NCBI RefSeq assembly: GCF_009914755.1
Contig: NC_060941.1
Source of the DNA: the human T2T-CHM13v2.0 reference genome, Homo sapiens
DNA length: 64,000 bases
Strand: one strand, 5' to 3'
Part shown: piece by piece, positions 13,801 through 29,214 of the stretch
How the letters are laid out: every line of letters begins with the position of its first letter
Position numbering within the stretch: position 1 is the stretch's first letter
Made by a program: the position numbers and the translations under genes
The notes under the pieces: model-generated
What the model was told of the DNA's origin: nothing
The model's input: only the letters and a program-made list of their open reading frames with translations
Database searches by the model: none

Positions 13801-14819
13801 TCTGAAATGCTTGTTTTTCACCAGAGAAGCCTAGCATGTCAGCTGGGCAGCCAGCGAAGAAAAGCCAGTGCCGTCTCTGGCAGGGAACTTGAAAAGGTAC
13901 AACCAAAACCATCTCCTGGTGTCCAGCTGGATCAGATGCACCTGTGGAGATCTCGCTGCACTCCAGAGCCTGGTCTCTCCACAAAACCAGAAAGCAGAGA
14001 GAAAAGCAGAGAAAGGGAGTGGGTTCCTGTCTGGTAGATTTCCATAATGCGGTGTCTGACGATAAGTACACAGGGTGTGATGAAATAGCTCTGCCCCGTA
14101 TGTGTCAAGTGGTGTAAGCACAAATGCCTAAAACTCAGTTCTTCAGAGTTAAATCTGGAATTCAGCCAGAGTCTCTATGGAAGGTGGAGTCCCCCCGACT
14201 GCCACTTCAGGCCCCTCCGTGAAGCGATTCATCCTGGAGCAGTAAATAAGTGTCTCCTGCTCCCTGCCACAGGCCAACCAGGAGTGCTGGAGGGTAGAGC
14301 CCACTGCAGGAACCAGATCTCTGGCGAAACAGGAAGCACTGATTTACTCATTCGATGCTTGTGAATCAGGCACCTATGCTGGGGGAGGTACCCCCCTAGG
14401 CTCTGGAGAGGAGGTATGAGTGAAGGGGTACTGCTCAGGGAGCCCTGGGTGTCTCTGTCCATGCACCCTAAGCCGTTGGGCTTAGACTGTGAGGCTTATT
14501 TGCACACAAATTGCTGCTTTCCCGTGGGGTGCACAGCACAGCCACCTGTGGTGAAGAGCTCTCTCAACAGCAGCAGGGCAGGCGTGCTACCCATCTATAG
14601 GGGCCGACTCAGCAACAGGGCTCCCTCTACCCAGCATCCTCACTTCCAGATCCTCTGAGAGGCCCTGTGGTTGCTTGTCTAATTGACGGAGGACCACTAA
14701 CCAGAGATGACAACACTCCAGAAGCAAAACAGAAATTCACTTGCACTGAGCCCATTCAAATATTGAGACACACGCAAATGCAAAAGTAAATGAGACCACA
14801 TGTGAGCCAAACTCTGAGT

Positions 14820-14945
14820 ACAATTAAGCTAAAAGCTAGAGATTAGGTTCTAATTCAGGCTTCACTGATTAAATATGAGAATACAGCAAGTCACAAGACC
14901 TCACTGGTCTCAGTTTCCTCATCTGTGAAATGCGGATAGGGAGAG
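14820..14945 (+). mobile_element. MIR SINE fragment
   Basis: gcaagtcacaagacctcactggtctcagtttcctcatctgtgaaatg. Confidence 0.7.
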
Positions 14946-14969
14946 GAGATGGAGGAAATAATTTCTGCC

Positions 14970-15417
<448 letters not shown>

Positions 15418-16073
15418 TGCTGTCGACATTCACCTGCCACGAGGTAGACGATGTGGGCGTCATCTTTGTAAACTGTGATATAACATTGTCTGGTACTCTG
15501 GGCGAGTCTCTTCCATTTGCTTGCCAGCTCCTGGAGGCAGGGCTGTGTATTACCAAACTGTAACTCCATAGTTTCCACATAAGGTAAGTGAGCTAGGTAT
15601 CATGATTAAATGACATTTAGGTATTCTTTTTGGCAGATCAGCTGATGGGAAAGGTGGCTAAAGAGGATATTGCAAAGAACCCACAGCAACTGCAGCCTGA
15701 CTGTTGCTCTGGGCTGCTGTCTGCTGACAACAGAAGTGAATGGCAGAACCTGGGCACCACCACCCAACTGGGCGGAGAAGGAAGCCGTATAGCAGTGAAA
15801 TTGAGTCTGAAAGGGGTCGGAGCAGAGAGAGGGAGAACATTCCTGGTAGTGAGTTAGTGGCTAAGTGACAATGTTACTACATCACGGATGCACATTTTCC
15901 CCAGATTATAAAAATAATTTATGCGCATTTGAAAACTGGAAAAAATGCAGAAAATATTAAGAAAATTGAATCCATAACCTTGCAACCCAGAGCTAACCAC
16001 AATTAATATTTAATTCTATACTTATAGCATTTTTGTTAAGATACATACATATATCTTAAATATAGGTCTATGA

Positions 16074-16397
<324 letters not shown>

Positions 16398-16603
16398 TAT
16401 ACTTTATATATAATTTAGCTCTTTCAAATTAACACTTTATTGTGAGCATTACTCTATGTCCTTTAAATTCTTTGAGTGCATAATTCTAATAGTTTCCTAT
16501 TATCAGTTTCTAGATGGGCCCTAATCTATTAAACCAAGCCCTAAACATTGGAAATTCAAGCTGTTTTTACTGTCTTCCCATTGTAAATAAAACTGTTATA
16601 ATC

Positions 16604-16966
<363 letters not shown>

Positions 16967-17014
16967 TCAAGGCACTGCAGTGGAATTACTGGATCAAAGA
17001 TTATGCACATGAGA

Positions 17015-17748
17015 TTTTCATTTATTTTTATGGGTACATAGTAAGTGTATATATTTGTGGGTTACAGGAGATACTTTGATACAGGCATGTAATGCATAAT
17101 AATTACATCATGGTAAATGGGGTATCACCTCAAGCATTTATCTTTTGTATTACAAACAATCCAATTATATAATCTTTTAGTTATTTTTAAAGGTATCGTT
17201 AAATTGTTATTGACTATAGTCATCCTGTTGCGCTATCAAATACTAGGTTTTATTCTAACTACATTTTTTACTCATTAACCATCCCCACTTCCTCCCACCC
17301 TGCCACTGCCCTCCCCAGCCTTCAGTAACCACCCTGCTATTCTCTATCTTCATGAGTTCAATTGTTTTCATTTTTAGTTCCCACAATGAGTGAGAACATG
17401 AAAAGTTTGTCTTTCTGTGCCTGGCTTATTTCACTTGATATAATGACTTCCATTTCTACCCATGTGGTTGCAAATGACGGGATCTCATTCTTCTTTATGA
17501 CTGAATAGTACTCCACTGTGTATGAGTACCATAATCTCTTTATCTATTCATCTGTTGATGGACACGGGTTGCTTGCAGATCTTGGCTACTGTGAACAGTG
17601 TTGCAATAAACATGGGAATGTAGAAATTCCTTTGATAAACTGATCTCCTTTCTTTGGGGTATATACCCAGCAGTGGGATTGCTGGATCATGTAGTAGCTC
17701 TATTTTTAGTTTTTTGAGGAACGTCCAAACTGCTCTTCAAAGTGGTTA
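17015..17748 (-). mobile_element. L1MA-type 3' end
   Basis: gggtacatagtaagtgtatatatttgtggg...cctcaagcattta...tgagtgagaacatg...tatacccagcagtgggattgctggatca. Confidence 0.9.
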
Positions 17749-17764
17749 AGATTTTTGTTTAAGT

Positions 17765-18010
17765 ATTAACATTTACTGAGCACTTACTCTATCCCTTTCA
17801 CTATTTTAAATATTTAACATTATTATGTTAATGACTTAATTATTAATTACTTAACTACTAATTATTAGTTAGTTATTATCTTCATCTCCTGCTCCCAGCC
17901 CCATCTCACAGATGAGGAAACTGAGGCTTAGTGAGGTCTTGTGACTTGCTGAATTCTCATACCTAATTAGTGGAGCCTGAATTTGAACCTAACCTCTAGC
18001 TTTTAGCCTA
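17765..18010 (-). mobile_element. MIR SINE
   Basis: catttactgagcacttact...cacagatgaggaaactgaggcttag...gaatttgaacct. Confidence 0.8.
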
Positions 18011-21000
18011 ATTGCATTCAGAGCCTATCTCATTTGGGGCCTCATTTACTTTTGTATTTACATGTGTTTAATATTTTAATGAGTTGAAATTTCATGTTGC
18101 TTTTTGTTTTGTTTTGCTTCTGGAGTGGGGTCACCTCTGGTTAATGATCTCTGTGAATTAGACAAGCAAGCACAGGAGTTCTCAGAGCATCTGGAAGTGA
18201 GGATGCTGGGTCAGAGGGAGCCCTGTGACTGACTGGATTCTTGTATTAAAGGTCACTACTATTGTTTTCCTCGTAGTAGAGAGGAGAAAATTGCAGCACA
18301 GAAAAATTAAGTAATAAAGTTTCACCCTCAGAAAATAAAAAGGAGGGACCAACCCAGTCAAACTCCAGTGAAGCTGTCTAATTACCCTTGACTGTGGCTT
18401 TACCCACTTTCCCACTGTTGCTTTACCCATGGATAGTTTATGAATGCTCATCTCATACTCTGAGAAATACAGGTGAAATATTTTATCTTTACCTTTGGTA
18501 TATTGACAACATAGGTTGTTTCATTTGTATTTTTAATAACTATAGAGATTGAATTTTTTCATATTAAAACTTTGCTTTTTTGTAAACTGGCAATTTTTGG
18601 TTAGCAGTGATTGCCCTTTACTCTTTGGTATGTGTGTATAAATATATATAAATAGCATATAAATACACACGCATGCTTACATACATACATACTTTCTATA
18701 GTGAGAACAGTAACGCTTTGGCTATCATAAATATTCTGTTATTCCCAATGTGTCCTTGGCATTTAATTCTATAGTGGTTTTGATGTCTTTCATTTTTCTA
18801 CACCTAAACTAATTTTTTAATTGTCTGTTACTTTAAAGAGTTTTACTTAAGACTTGCTTCTGTCTTTAATACTCATATTTTCTTTTAGCCTGTCATAATT
18901 GTAGTAATTTTTTCATTCAAATATTTGATCCATCTGGGGTTTATTTTGTAAGCGTAATTTTTGTCATTATAACATACATAACTGGTTTTTAGAACTAACC
19001 AATTTTCTCAGTAATATTTACTAATGAATTCATCATTTCTCCAATTATTTAAAAAGTTTCTTCTGTCATATATGTTTTGGTTGCCACTTCTTTCATTCCT
19101 TTATCTGTCTTAGACACTATCGTATTGTTCTGATTATTGCAATTTTATAAACATGTTAGCAGTGTCTCTACAGAACCCTTCTTTTAAATCCTGCAATTAT
19201 CCATCTTCATTCCTCTATGTTTTTGAATACTCCTCAAACTCACTTTTTCAAGTTACCAAATAACATCATTAGGAAATTGATTGGGAAATATCTTAAACTT
19301 ACATCTTATTTAGGAAAGAATTACATTTATAACTAATGTCTTTCCTTCTAGAAATAAAATTTATTTCACTTTTGTGCCATTTTTAATATATCTTGATAAT
19401 ATATTGGAGCATTTTTTACACAGATCCTGATTTTTAAGCTTGTTCCTAGTTATTATGTATATTTTCTTGAATAAAATCTCTTTAAAAATGTTCTTTGGTT
19501 TTTGAAATGTCTAAAAGAGTTATTGTGGCTTTTGGTGTGGTGGCTGGTGCTTGTTTACTTTGTTTTTAGCCAGCTTTCTGTGTAACTCACTAGTCTGAAT
19601 ATATTTTTACTGCCTATCTTGATTTTCCAAGGGAAAAAAATGAAAAAAAAAATCATATATCACCTGAAAATGACAACTTTGTCTTTTCGCCATTGACCCC
19701 TAACAAGAGGGGTCTCTTGTTAGAGTAGTTTGTTTTATTGCGTTGACTGGAACTTCCAAGAAATGTTGCATAATTGTAGTGATGGAAGATATGTATCTGA
19801 CACTTCTGTGAAACAGTTCTCTTCACTGGTTTAAAATAAATAGATTTTTTATCTCATGTCAAGAATTACCTTTTTCCCAATTTTCTAATATTAATATTTG
19901 ATTTTTATCTAATACATTTTTATTATGGTGATTATATAATATTTTTCTCTGGCCTATTTATGTTATATATTTTAATAACAGCTCTCCTAATTTTCTTTCT
20001 TTAGAAAAAATGCAACTTGGCCATGGGACATGATGTTTTTGACATGATATCAGATTCAGCTTCTTTCTATCTTCTTTCTGATTATACAAATGGGAAGATA
20101 GTTTGTGTTTTCCTTCTCTTGTGCTAGTGTTGTCATTTTAGAGCCAGAATTAGGATAGCTTCATAAAACCAATGAGGAAGCTTTGGATCTTCTATCCTCT
20201 CAGTTTTATAGAGCAGAAGAATGATTTGTTCTTCCAACTTGGAAAAACGTTCATAAAAACATTTGAGCCAGAGCCATTTTTGGAGGTAAGCCTTTGACAA
20301 CACTTTCAATGTCTTCCCTAGTTATTTTTTCTATTCAGGTTTACTGCTCCATCCTGAGTCAATTTTGGTCATTTGTATTTTCCTAGAAAATCATCCCTTC
20401 CATTGAGATGTTCAGGTTTATTAGCACAGGGCGGCATGCAGTATTCTCTCGCAGTACTTTTACACTCTTATCAATAGCATCATTCTCTTGTAACTAATTT
20501 CGTATATTTGTGTTTTCTTTTTTTATTTTTAGTCAGACTTGTAAAGTTTGCTTATACTATTGGTTCAGATATGATACTACAAAGGTCCAGATCTCAGATT
20601 TTTTAAATAAATTTTAAGATTTCCTTCTTTGCCAATGAGTTTCTGCTGCTTTCTTCATTTTCTCTTTCCTGCTTTCCTAAAGCACTTATTATGCCATTCT
20701 TTCCTCATATCTTAGTTAAATAGTTATTTAATATTCATCTTTTCTTATTGATAATAAGATATTTAAAACTGTGCAATTGCCCGTGAGTACAACTGTGGCA
20801 ACATTGCATAGTTTTTCATAAGCAGCCTTCTCATCAATATTTTCAAAGTGATTCTGAATTACAGTTTTTCTTCTCATAGATACAAAAGCTATTTATTTAG
20901 GACATCGTCTTTATTTTATGAGGTTGGGTTTGTTTTATTTAAACTGGCATCAGTAATTTATATATATTTTTACCACAGTATGTTTAGATCCTGCTATTAT

Positions 21001-21656
21001 AAAATTTCTGCTTTGGGAAATAGAAGGTTTATTTTGTAAATAAATATGTGATCAGTTTATATTAATGTTTAATGTGTATTTTTAAATAAAATGAATTCCA
21101 TTTTTAGGGCTCAAGTCTGTACTACCAATGTCTATTATAGTACTTTCATTAGCTTTCTTACTTAAATTCATTATAATCTTCATTATTTGTGACTTTTTGT
21201 ATCTTTTAAAAACCAAGAGTGGTAAATTATTTTATTGGGATTCTATTCATTTCTCCTTGTATTTTTAATTGGTGTTCTTTGTGTACTTTGAGGTAATGTT
21301 GTTTAGTTATGTGTATGAGTTATATCTGCATAGTGAAGTGTGCCTTTTGAAATATGACTCCCTTTTTTAAAGTAACATTTTGTGTCTTGCATTTTGATCC
21401 AGTATAAATATTTGCACCCATCTTTCTTTGAGTGTTTATGAGTAAGGCTTTAACTATCAATGTTACTTTTAACTTTCCTGAGTCATTTTGATTAAGATGT
21501 GTTTTCTTTAAAGAAAAATAATATTAATATGTGCTTCTAATAGTTGTTTCAAAGATTAAATATAATAATACAATTAAAACAAATAGTGTAGTATTTGACA
21601 TATAGAAAATGCTCAATGAATACCAACTAATAATTGCGTGAAAAGCATGCATTCAA

Positions 21657-21939
<283 letters not shown>

Positions 21940-23580
21940 GCATTGAATTTTTAAAGCAAAATTGAAATTTAAGAATTATAATTCAAGACTATAGTCTTTA
22001 TTGTTACATATTTTATTTTAGGCATTCTTCTTGACATCTGCTCTCATCCTTTCTAGTTTTCATTTGCTTTTCCTGGTTCTTTCTTGTTAAGTCTACTTTA
22101 CTTCCTCAGGCCCTGTGCTAAATGTGATGGATGCTGCAGTGAGCAAACCTCAGGGCTTACATTGTAGAAGGAAAGGCAGACTCAAGTCAAATCATCACTC
22201 AAACAATCATGTGAAATTACAACCATGATACATGCTTTGGGATACATGAGAGTAGACTTGCAACTGTCACCTTAGATTCATATAACATTTACAAAGCACT
22301 TTTCATACATTATGTCCTGTGAGATAAATTACAGCCATAGAAGATGTATCCCTTGACCCTACATGATTAAAGGGTAGATGGTTAATTCTTTCAAAACACA
22401 CATTTCTTGTACCAAATGTCATGTACCACTCACTCTCAGAATCTGTCATTCTGAGAATACAGAGAAATTTTGCCCACTAATGGGATTCAACATTTTCATG
22501 GGAGAAAGGCAATAGAACATTCCATTTCTTAGGTAAAACAACCAAGAATGCGGGCTGCAACTCTACCACTTTGGGGGTGGGGGGTGGAACTACCGAGCGA
22601 TTAGATGTTCAATAAATATGTATTACCTGTCTTCTATTGACTAAGAACTGTGCTAAGCTGTGTAGATACAATGAAAATAAGACATAGTTCCTGTCTCATG
22701 GACCAAGCTACCTATATGAGAAGTTCCATAGTGAGGACCATGGAACACAGAAGACTCAGAAATTGGACAGTAGTTGGGGACAATTGTAGCCCTCTCCATA
22801 TATTGAAATACAGAAAAGCTATATCTTTTCCGCAGTCAGAACTGTGTAAAGATGGAATGAGTTTTCTGATGAGAAAATATGTTTTTCTCCCACCGGTGTG
22901 TGGACTTTCAACTTCTTTATCTCCTATTATGTCAATGCTAGATGTCCCATATGCGTGACTTTTTAAAGTGTTTATTATAGGAATTTTCAAATATTCAGAG
23001 GGGTGCTAAAAATAATATCATAATTATCCATGTACCCAATCTCCAACATCATTAAGCGATAACATTTATCCAAATCTGCTTTAGATCTCTAATTAAGAAG
23101 CAAAATTTTAAAGATGAAGTTGAAACCTCATTTGTCACCCTACTGATCCCATTCTTCTTCCTGCCTCAGAGTTTGTGTGGCCCTAAAGTTGATGTCACTC
23201 TTTTTCATCCATGTTCTTGTATATTTACTGCATCAATACATCTGAATTTTTTTTTTCCAGAAACTTTAACCCCAAACCACCTTCTTGCTCAAAACCCTTC
23301 AGTGGCTCCCAACTGTCTACACCAATGATCCGCAAATCAAGTTATCTTCTGAATCTTCTCGGGAGTTTCAAAATTATATAGATTCTTGGGTTGTCCTTGG
23401 GGACTTTGCAAATTTTCAGGGTTTCTCAACTTTCATCCTGTTGAGACTAGGGGCTACATAATTCCTCATGGCAGGGCTTGTTCTATGTCTGGTGGGATGT
23501 TTAGCAGTGTCCTGGCCTTCACTCATTAGGGGTCTGTAGCTCCCCCACTAGTTGTAAGAACCAAAAATATCCCCAGAAAC

Positions 23581-24425
<845 letters not shown>

Positions 24426-24959
24426 AATTGCCAACTGTCTTGCTCCAGATTGAGAATGACTAGGTTAATCTGAAACCTGGAAATCTGTATCTTAAAAAAA
24501 AATTATCTAAGTGATGTGAGATCATTGGATTTGGGGACCACGAACCTTTAGACTCTAGGCACAAGAGTTGAGCCTGGCCTTCATGGCCTCTGACGATCTA
24601 GCCCCATCACACGTGTGTTCCTTCTCCTCTCTTGCCACTCATGTTGCTGCCTTGCCCCTTCGTCTGCAAAACTGATCCTTGAGGATGTGCTGATCCCTCT
24701 CACTTTCAAACCTTTGCTCTAAATGCAGACTCCAGCTTTTCCAATGGCCTCTTAGACTTCTAATCTCACGGGCATTTTTAAAAATAATACGTTTGTTTAC
24801 TAAAGGAATTAACTCACCCCTTCATTGTGACACATCTGAAACAGTTAAAACGCTACTCTCATGCCTTAAAGCTTTACAAACCCTCATACAAATATGAGGC
24901 AGTAATTACAAGTTTACACTCTCATAACACAGGCTAAGGCCCTTCTCTCAGTTTAATTT

Positions 24960-25110
24960 TGTATCTGTTGCTATGGTTATTTGATTCCCGTCTCTCTCCC
25001 ACACTAGACTAAAGATTTCCCAAGGTCAAAGATCAAGTCTATTTTTGCTCATATCCACATTACTTTACAAAGTGTCTGGCAATAAACATTTGGTGCACAA
25101 ATGAATTAAT
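24960..25110 (+). mobile_element. L2 3' end
   Basis: tctctcccacactagactaaag...gtgtctggcaataaacatttg. Confidence 0.6.
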
Positions 25111-27019
25111 TGATTAATTACCCGACTAATTAATTACTATCTTATGTTGTCTTTTCAACTGGATTTCAAACGCTTGAGGATTATTTCGCTTCCAAGTTTC
25201 CTTTCAACCCTATAAACATAGTTATGTTTAAACGGTACATATTGAAACAATAAATGATTACTATTATCTGAACTACATAGTGTTATCAGTAGTACTTTAC
25301 TGAGCCTACCGACAGAAGCCAAGTACTCATTCGATTTATGTTTTTAAATGAGCAGAATCCCTTTGAACAAAAAACAACTGCATTTGCAAAGAAATATGAT
25401 GTTATTTATGACCATTATGTCATCGCCTATTCAGAAAGGACAGATTTAAACTGAGTATTAGTGCCTAAAACCAAAAAGTATCCTCCCGTTTGATGAATGT
25501 CATTATTGTCAGGATAATTCCAAAAATTGAATTGAACTAGCAGAAAGTGTTTTCTGACATTTTTTATTTCTGTTTCATACACAGAGATGCCTTGTAACCT
25601 GAGGAAAACAAAGTTTGTTTTTCCATATTGGTGTTTTCCCTCCTCGGTGTCTTCATTTCTTACTTACAGAGAAGAATGCTAGGATTTTCTTTTTCTTTTT
25701 CTTTTTCTTTTTTTCTTCAGAGTGATACATGTGTGTGCTTAGGAAACACTGACTTGACAGTTTACTGTGAGAACGTGGAATTCCCAGCCTCAGCCCCAAC
25801 CCCTGGGCAGGTGGGGTCTAGAAGCTCTGTGTAGACAGTTACACCCCGGGCCATGGTGGGGAGGGGATGGCCTTCCGAGGGTTGAAGAGCAGGAGCAGTG
25901 AATGGCTTATTCCCAAAAGACTTCTCTCTGTCCTTTCTGCCTTCATCATTTTAACACAATGAAAACCTAATTGCTCCCCAAATTTTAGATTTAGTTTGTA
26001 CCTACAGAGCTTGGAACACTGAAAATAAAATACTGAATTACAGACAGCCTGCAGGCATTCTAGAACAGTCTGTCTACCTCTCTCAAAGAATAACTATGAA
26101 GCAGCTCCTCAGGGTCCAGGGAATTTGTCCACCATCGTTTATATAATAACTGCCAGTGCAGAGATCCTGAAAAAAAGTCTCTGTTCTTTCTATGATGTAC
26201 GAACTTCCTTAAGAAAATAAACCTGTACTTCAAAATTTATATTCCAAGGCTTGAAAACAAAAGCACATTGCCGTTTCTCAAAGCAAGAAAAGATTTGTTC
26301 TAAGTGGCTCCAGAAGTGATTGCTGTTCAAAGAGCCGAGATAAGAACCCACAACCACTTCACATCATCAGCAGACAGGAGCAGTTCACGCCAGACAGCAG
26401 GAATCAGCTCAAATCCACTCTCTGTCCTTGCTGACTCTTTCTGTCTGGCTCCCAGTCCCACCCCAACCTCCGTCCCTGCCTGTATCCCACGGTCTCTTCC
26501 TCTTCTCTCACTGACATCTCCCCACTTTCTTACCTAGTATCTGACTCTCCCTCCCTTCCTTTCTTTCAGCTGTTCCCGCCCTCTCTCCTCTTTTCTGTGC
26601 CCCATAACAATTCTTTTCTCTCCTTTCTTCCTTCCTACCTTAGAACTGTCTGCATCACTGTTTAAGGTTTGGATCTGCCATTGATCTCTATAAAATTAGA
26701 TACACTAAAAATAGATGTACAGAGGCGCCTTGAAGCCAAAGTGGAGAAATCTAAGAACTCTTTCTCTTTCACTATATTTGAGCCTTCTTTATCATTAATA
26801 ATGGCCACTTAGAACACCTTAGAATGGATGTACCTTATTTTGGGAAGTTTTCTGAGAGTGGGATTTCCCACCCTCTAGGAATTCAAGATGCAAACACTCA
26901 CCCTCCTGTTGGTCTCTAATAAGCCCACCATGCATTTGCTACAATGGGAATTGGTTTCTCTAGAGAATACATGAGACAAACAGGACTCTCAATGAGTCCA
27001 ACAGAAGTGACAGCCCAAG

Positions 27020-27828
27020 TGATAGGGACACAAGGCAGGGAAATTCTGGGCAGAAGTGGGCCAGTCTCTGGCGAGGGCCCCACCCTCAAGCCTGGAAGTG
27101 TGGCCCAAAGTGAGAACTTACATTCCTGTTTTCCTGCTCGAATGTTTCCTTTCCCAAGACCACCTGTGCCCCTCCCCACCCCCATCCTGTGTCAATAAAA
27201 AACCCCAGGCTCAGCCAGCACAGATAGGAGAAGCAGTTGGACATCAGAGACTACTTTTGGATGTTGGAGAGAGGTGGCTTGACTTCAGAGGGACAGCTTG
27301 ATGGTATAGCTTCAGAGAGGAGTCTGGCCAGGGACAGCTGGATTTCAGGGGAAGATTACCTTCCCACTCCATCCCCTTTTCAGCTCCCCTTCCCACCGAG
27401 AGCCACTGTCATCAACAATAAAATTTCCTGCATTTACTACCTTCAATTTGTTCTTGTGACCTCATTCCTTCTGGAGCCTGGACAAGAACTCGGTGCCACG
27501 AGTGTGGGTGCAAAAGGCTGTCACACTGACCCTCCACTGAGCTGTTAATACTTAAGCTGTCTGCAGACAACAAAGCTAAAAGGGTACGCTAACACTTTTT
27601 CTCGGGCTTTGGGGGTTGTGGGCACCCTCCCCTAGATGCTGGCATGGGGCCATTATGGAGTTCGTTCTTGCCAGCACCCAAAAGTGCTTACCCTGGCTCC
27701 TGCACCTGATCACCCGTGCTCCCCCTCCTGCAAGGAGTGAAGCAGTGAGTGAGTGGAGTTTGTCCCTGCTGGCACCCATGCACTCCAGTTTCCACCCAAG
27801 AATGGGGTCTGGGAAATATCCTGCTTCA
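27020..27828 (+). mobile_element. MER50 ERV1 solo LTR
   Basis: Begins TG (tgatagggacacaaggcagggaaattctggg), ends CA (tcctgcttca); 4-bp TSD caag at 27016-27019 and 27829-27832; ggccccaccctcaagcctgga and cttgacttcagagggacagcttga are MER50 motifs. Confidence 0.9.
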
Positions 27829-28289
27829 CAAGCACCAAGTTTGGTTTGAAAAACCACTAAGTTAAATGGAAGAAGAGGGAGTAGAAAGAGCAGGAAATAG
27901 GGGTTCAAGGCTAGGCCTTCCCAGCCAAGAGAGAGCGAGCCACAGCACCCAGACACTTCATTGACAGAAGCCCTCTCCTCCCAGGGCTCTTAGATTCCCT
28001 CCCCCAATCTGGCCCCAAGTATACCTCTGCCAGCCCCTTGGAACTCTGCATTGGTGATCCAGTCTGAAATTTACTGTGCAGCTCGAAGCTGAACAAGCTG
28101 ATGACCACAGCTTCTTCCTTGTCCTTCTTCCCTGTCCTTGCCCAGCCCAAGTCATAGCAGTTCACGGATATTTTGAACAGGACGAGAGCTTCAGCGTCTT
28201 CACCTGCCTTTATCACTTTACATCCAGAGATCAGCTTATGAAAGCCTCATAAATGAACATATGTATAAGCCCATTTTGATGACAGATCA

Positions 28290-28775
28290 CTTTTAAACAA
28301 CACTTTGATTGAGATATAATTGAAACATGATAAACTGTCCATATTTAAAGTATACTATTGGATAAGTTTTGACGTGGGTATATACTGTAAAACCATCACA
28401 AAATGTATCTTATACAATTAAGATAATAAATGTATCCATCACCCATAAAGTTGGTTTTTCTGTTTGTTTTGGGCTTTTTTAATAGACTTTATTTTTAGGG
28501 CAGTTGTAAGTTCACAACAAAATTGAGAGGCAAATACAAATTTCTCTTACATCATCGTGTCCACACATGCACAGCCTGACCCCTTGTCGTCATTCTCCGC
28601 TGGAATGGCACATTAGTTACCGCTGATGAACCTACTTTGGCACATCCCTATCACCCAGGTCCATAGTTTAATTAGGGTTCACTCTTGCTGTCACACATTC
28701 TATGACTTTGGGCAAATGGCATACACCAGTATAGTATCATGCAGAATAGTTTTCTGCCCTAAAAGTCCTCTGTGC
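28290..28775 (-). mobile_element. Two adjacent old L1 3'-end fragments (L1MB/ME-type then L1MC/MD-type)
   Basis: ttgagatataatt...atttaaagtata...aaaccatcac; atagactttatttttagggcagttgtaagttcacaacaaaattgag...ttagggttcactcttg. Confidence 0.75.
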
Positions 28776-29214
28776 AAATGAATAGGATAAGTGGAGCACA
28801 GATCACTTTTTAGTAAAATGTTGCCTGGTTTTGATTTGACAAAGTAGGCAACACTGTCAATCACTGGAGAGGATGTAAAAATAGAAAAAAGATGACCTGA
28901 ATCCAAATCTCTTTTTCATTCTGAAGTTCATTGTTGATTCCTTAGCCTCCCCCTTTCTTTCTTACTCTATTTATAAAGTTTTTACTTTCTAATACAGCCT
29001 GTCAATATTTTAAATTTTTTTCATTAGCAGCACACTGCATAGTGTGGGGAAAATATCATTATTTCAAAGCTAATTGTACATATAATCCATTTTTACATAC
29101 ATGTAGACCATAAGACAGTTCAAATATTTTGGGGTAGTTTGAGCTCAATCTGATTTCAGGCATTCGAAACCCTGATAACCCAGCAGAAAGTTAATGCTGG
29201 GTTATAGGATTTGG

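Noticed and set aside
13452-14123. Cluster of minus-strand ORFs suggesting a processed pseudogene
   Set aside because: No recognisable parent protein, poly-A remnant or TSD.
15584-15636. Possible intron between the 15584 donor and the ttttggcag acceptor
   Set aside because: Only 53 nt, below the usual human intron minimum.
26916-28216. ORFs of 65-126 aa around 27-28 kb
   Set aside because: Mostly within the MER50 LTR; no gag/pol/env or host similarity recognised.
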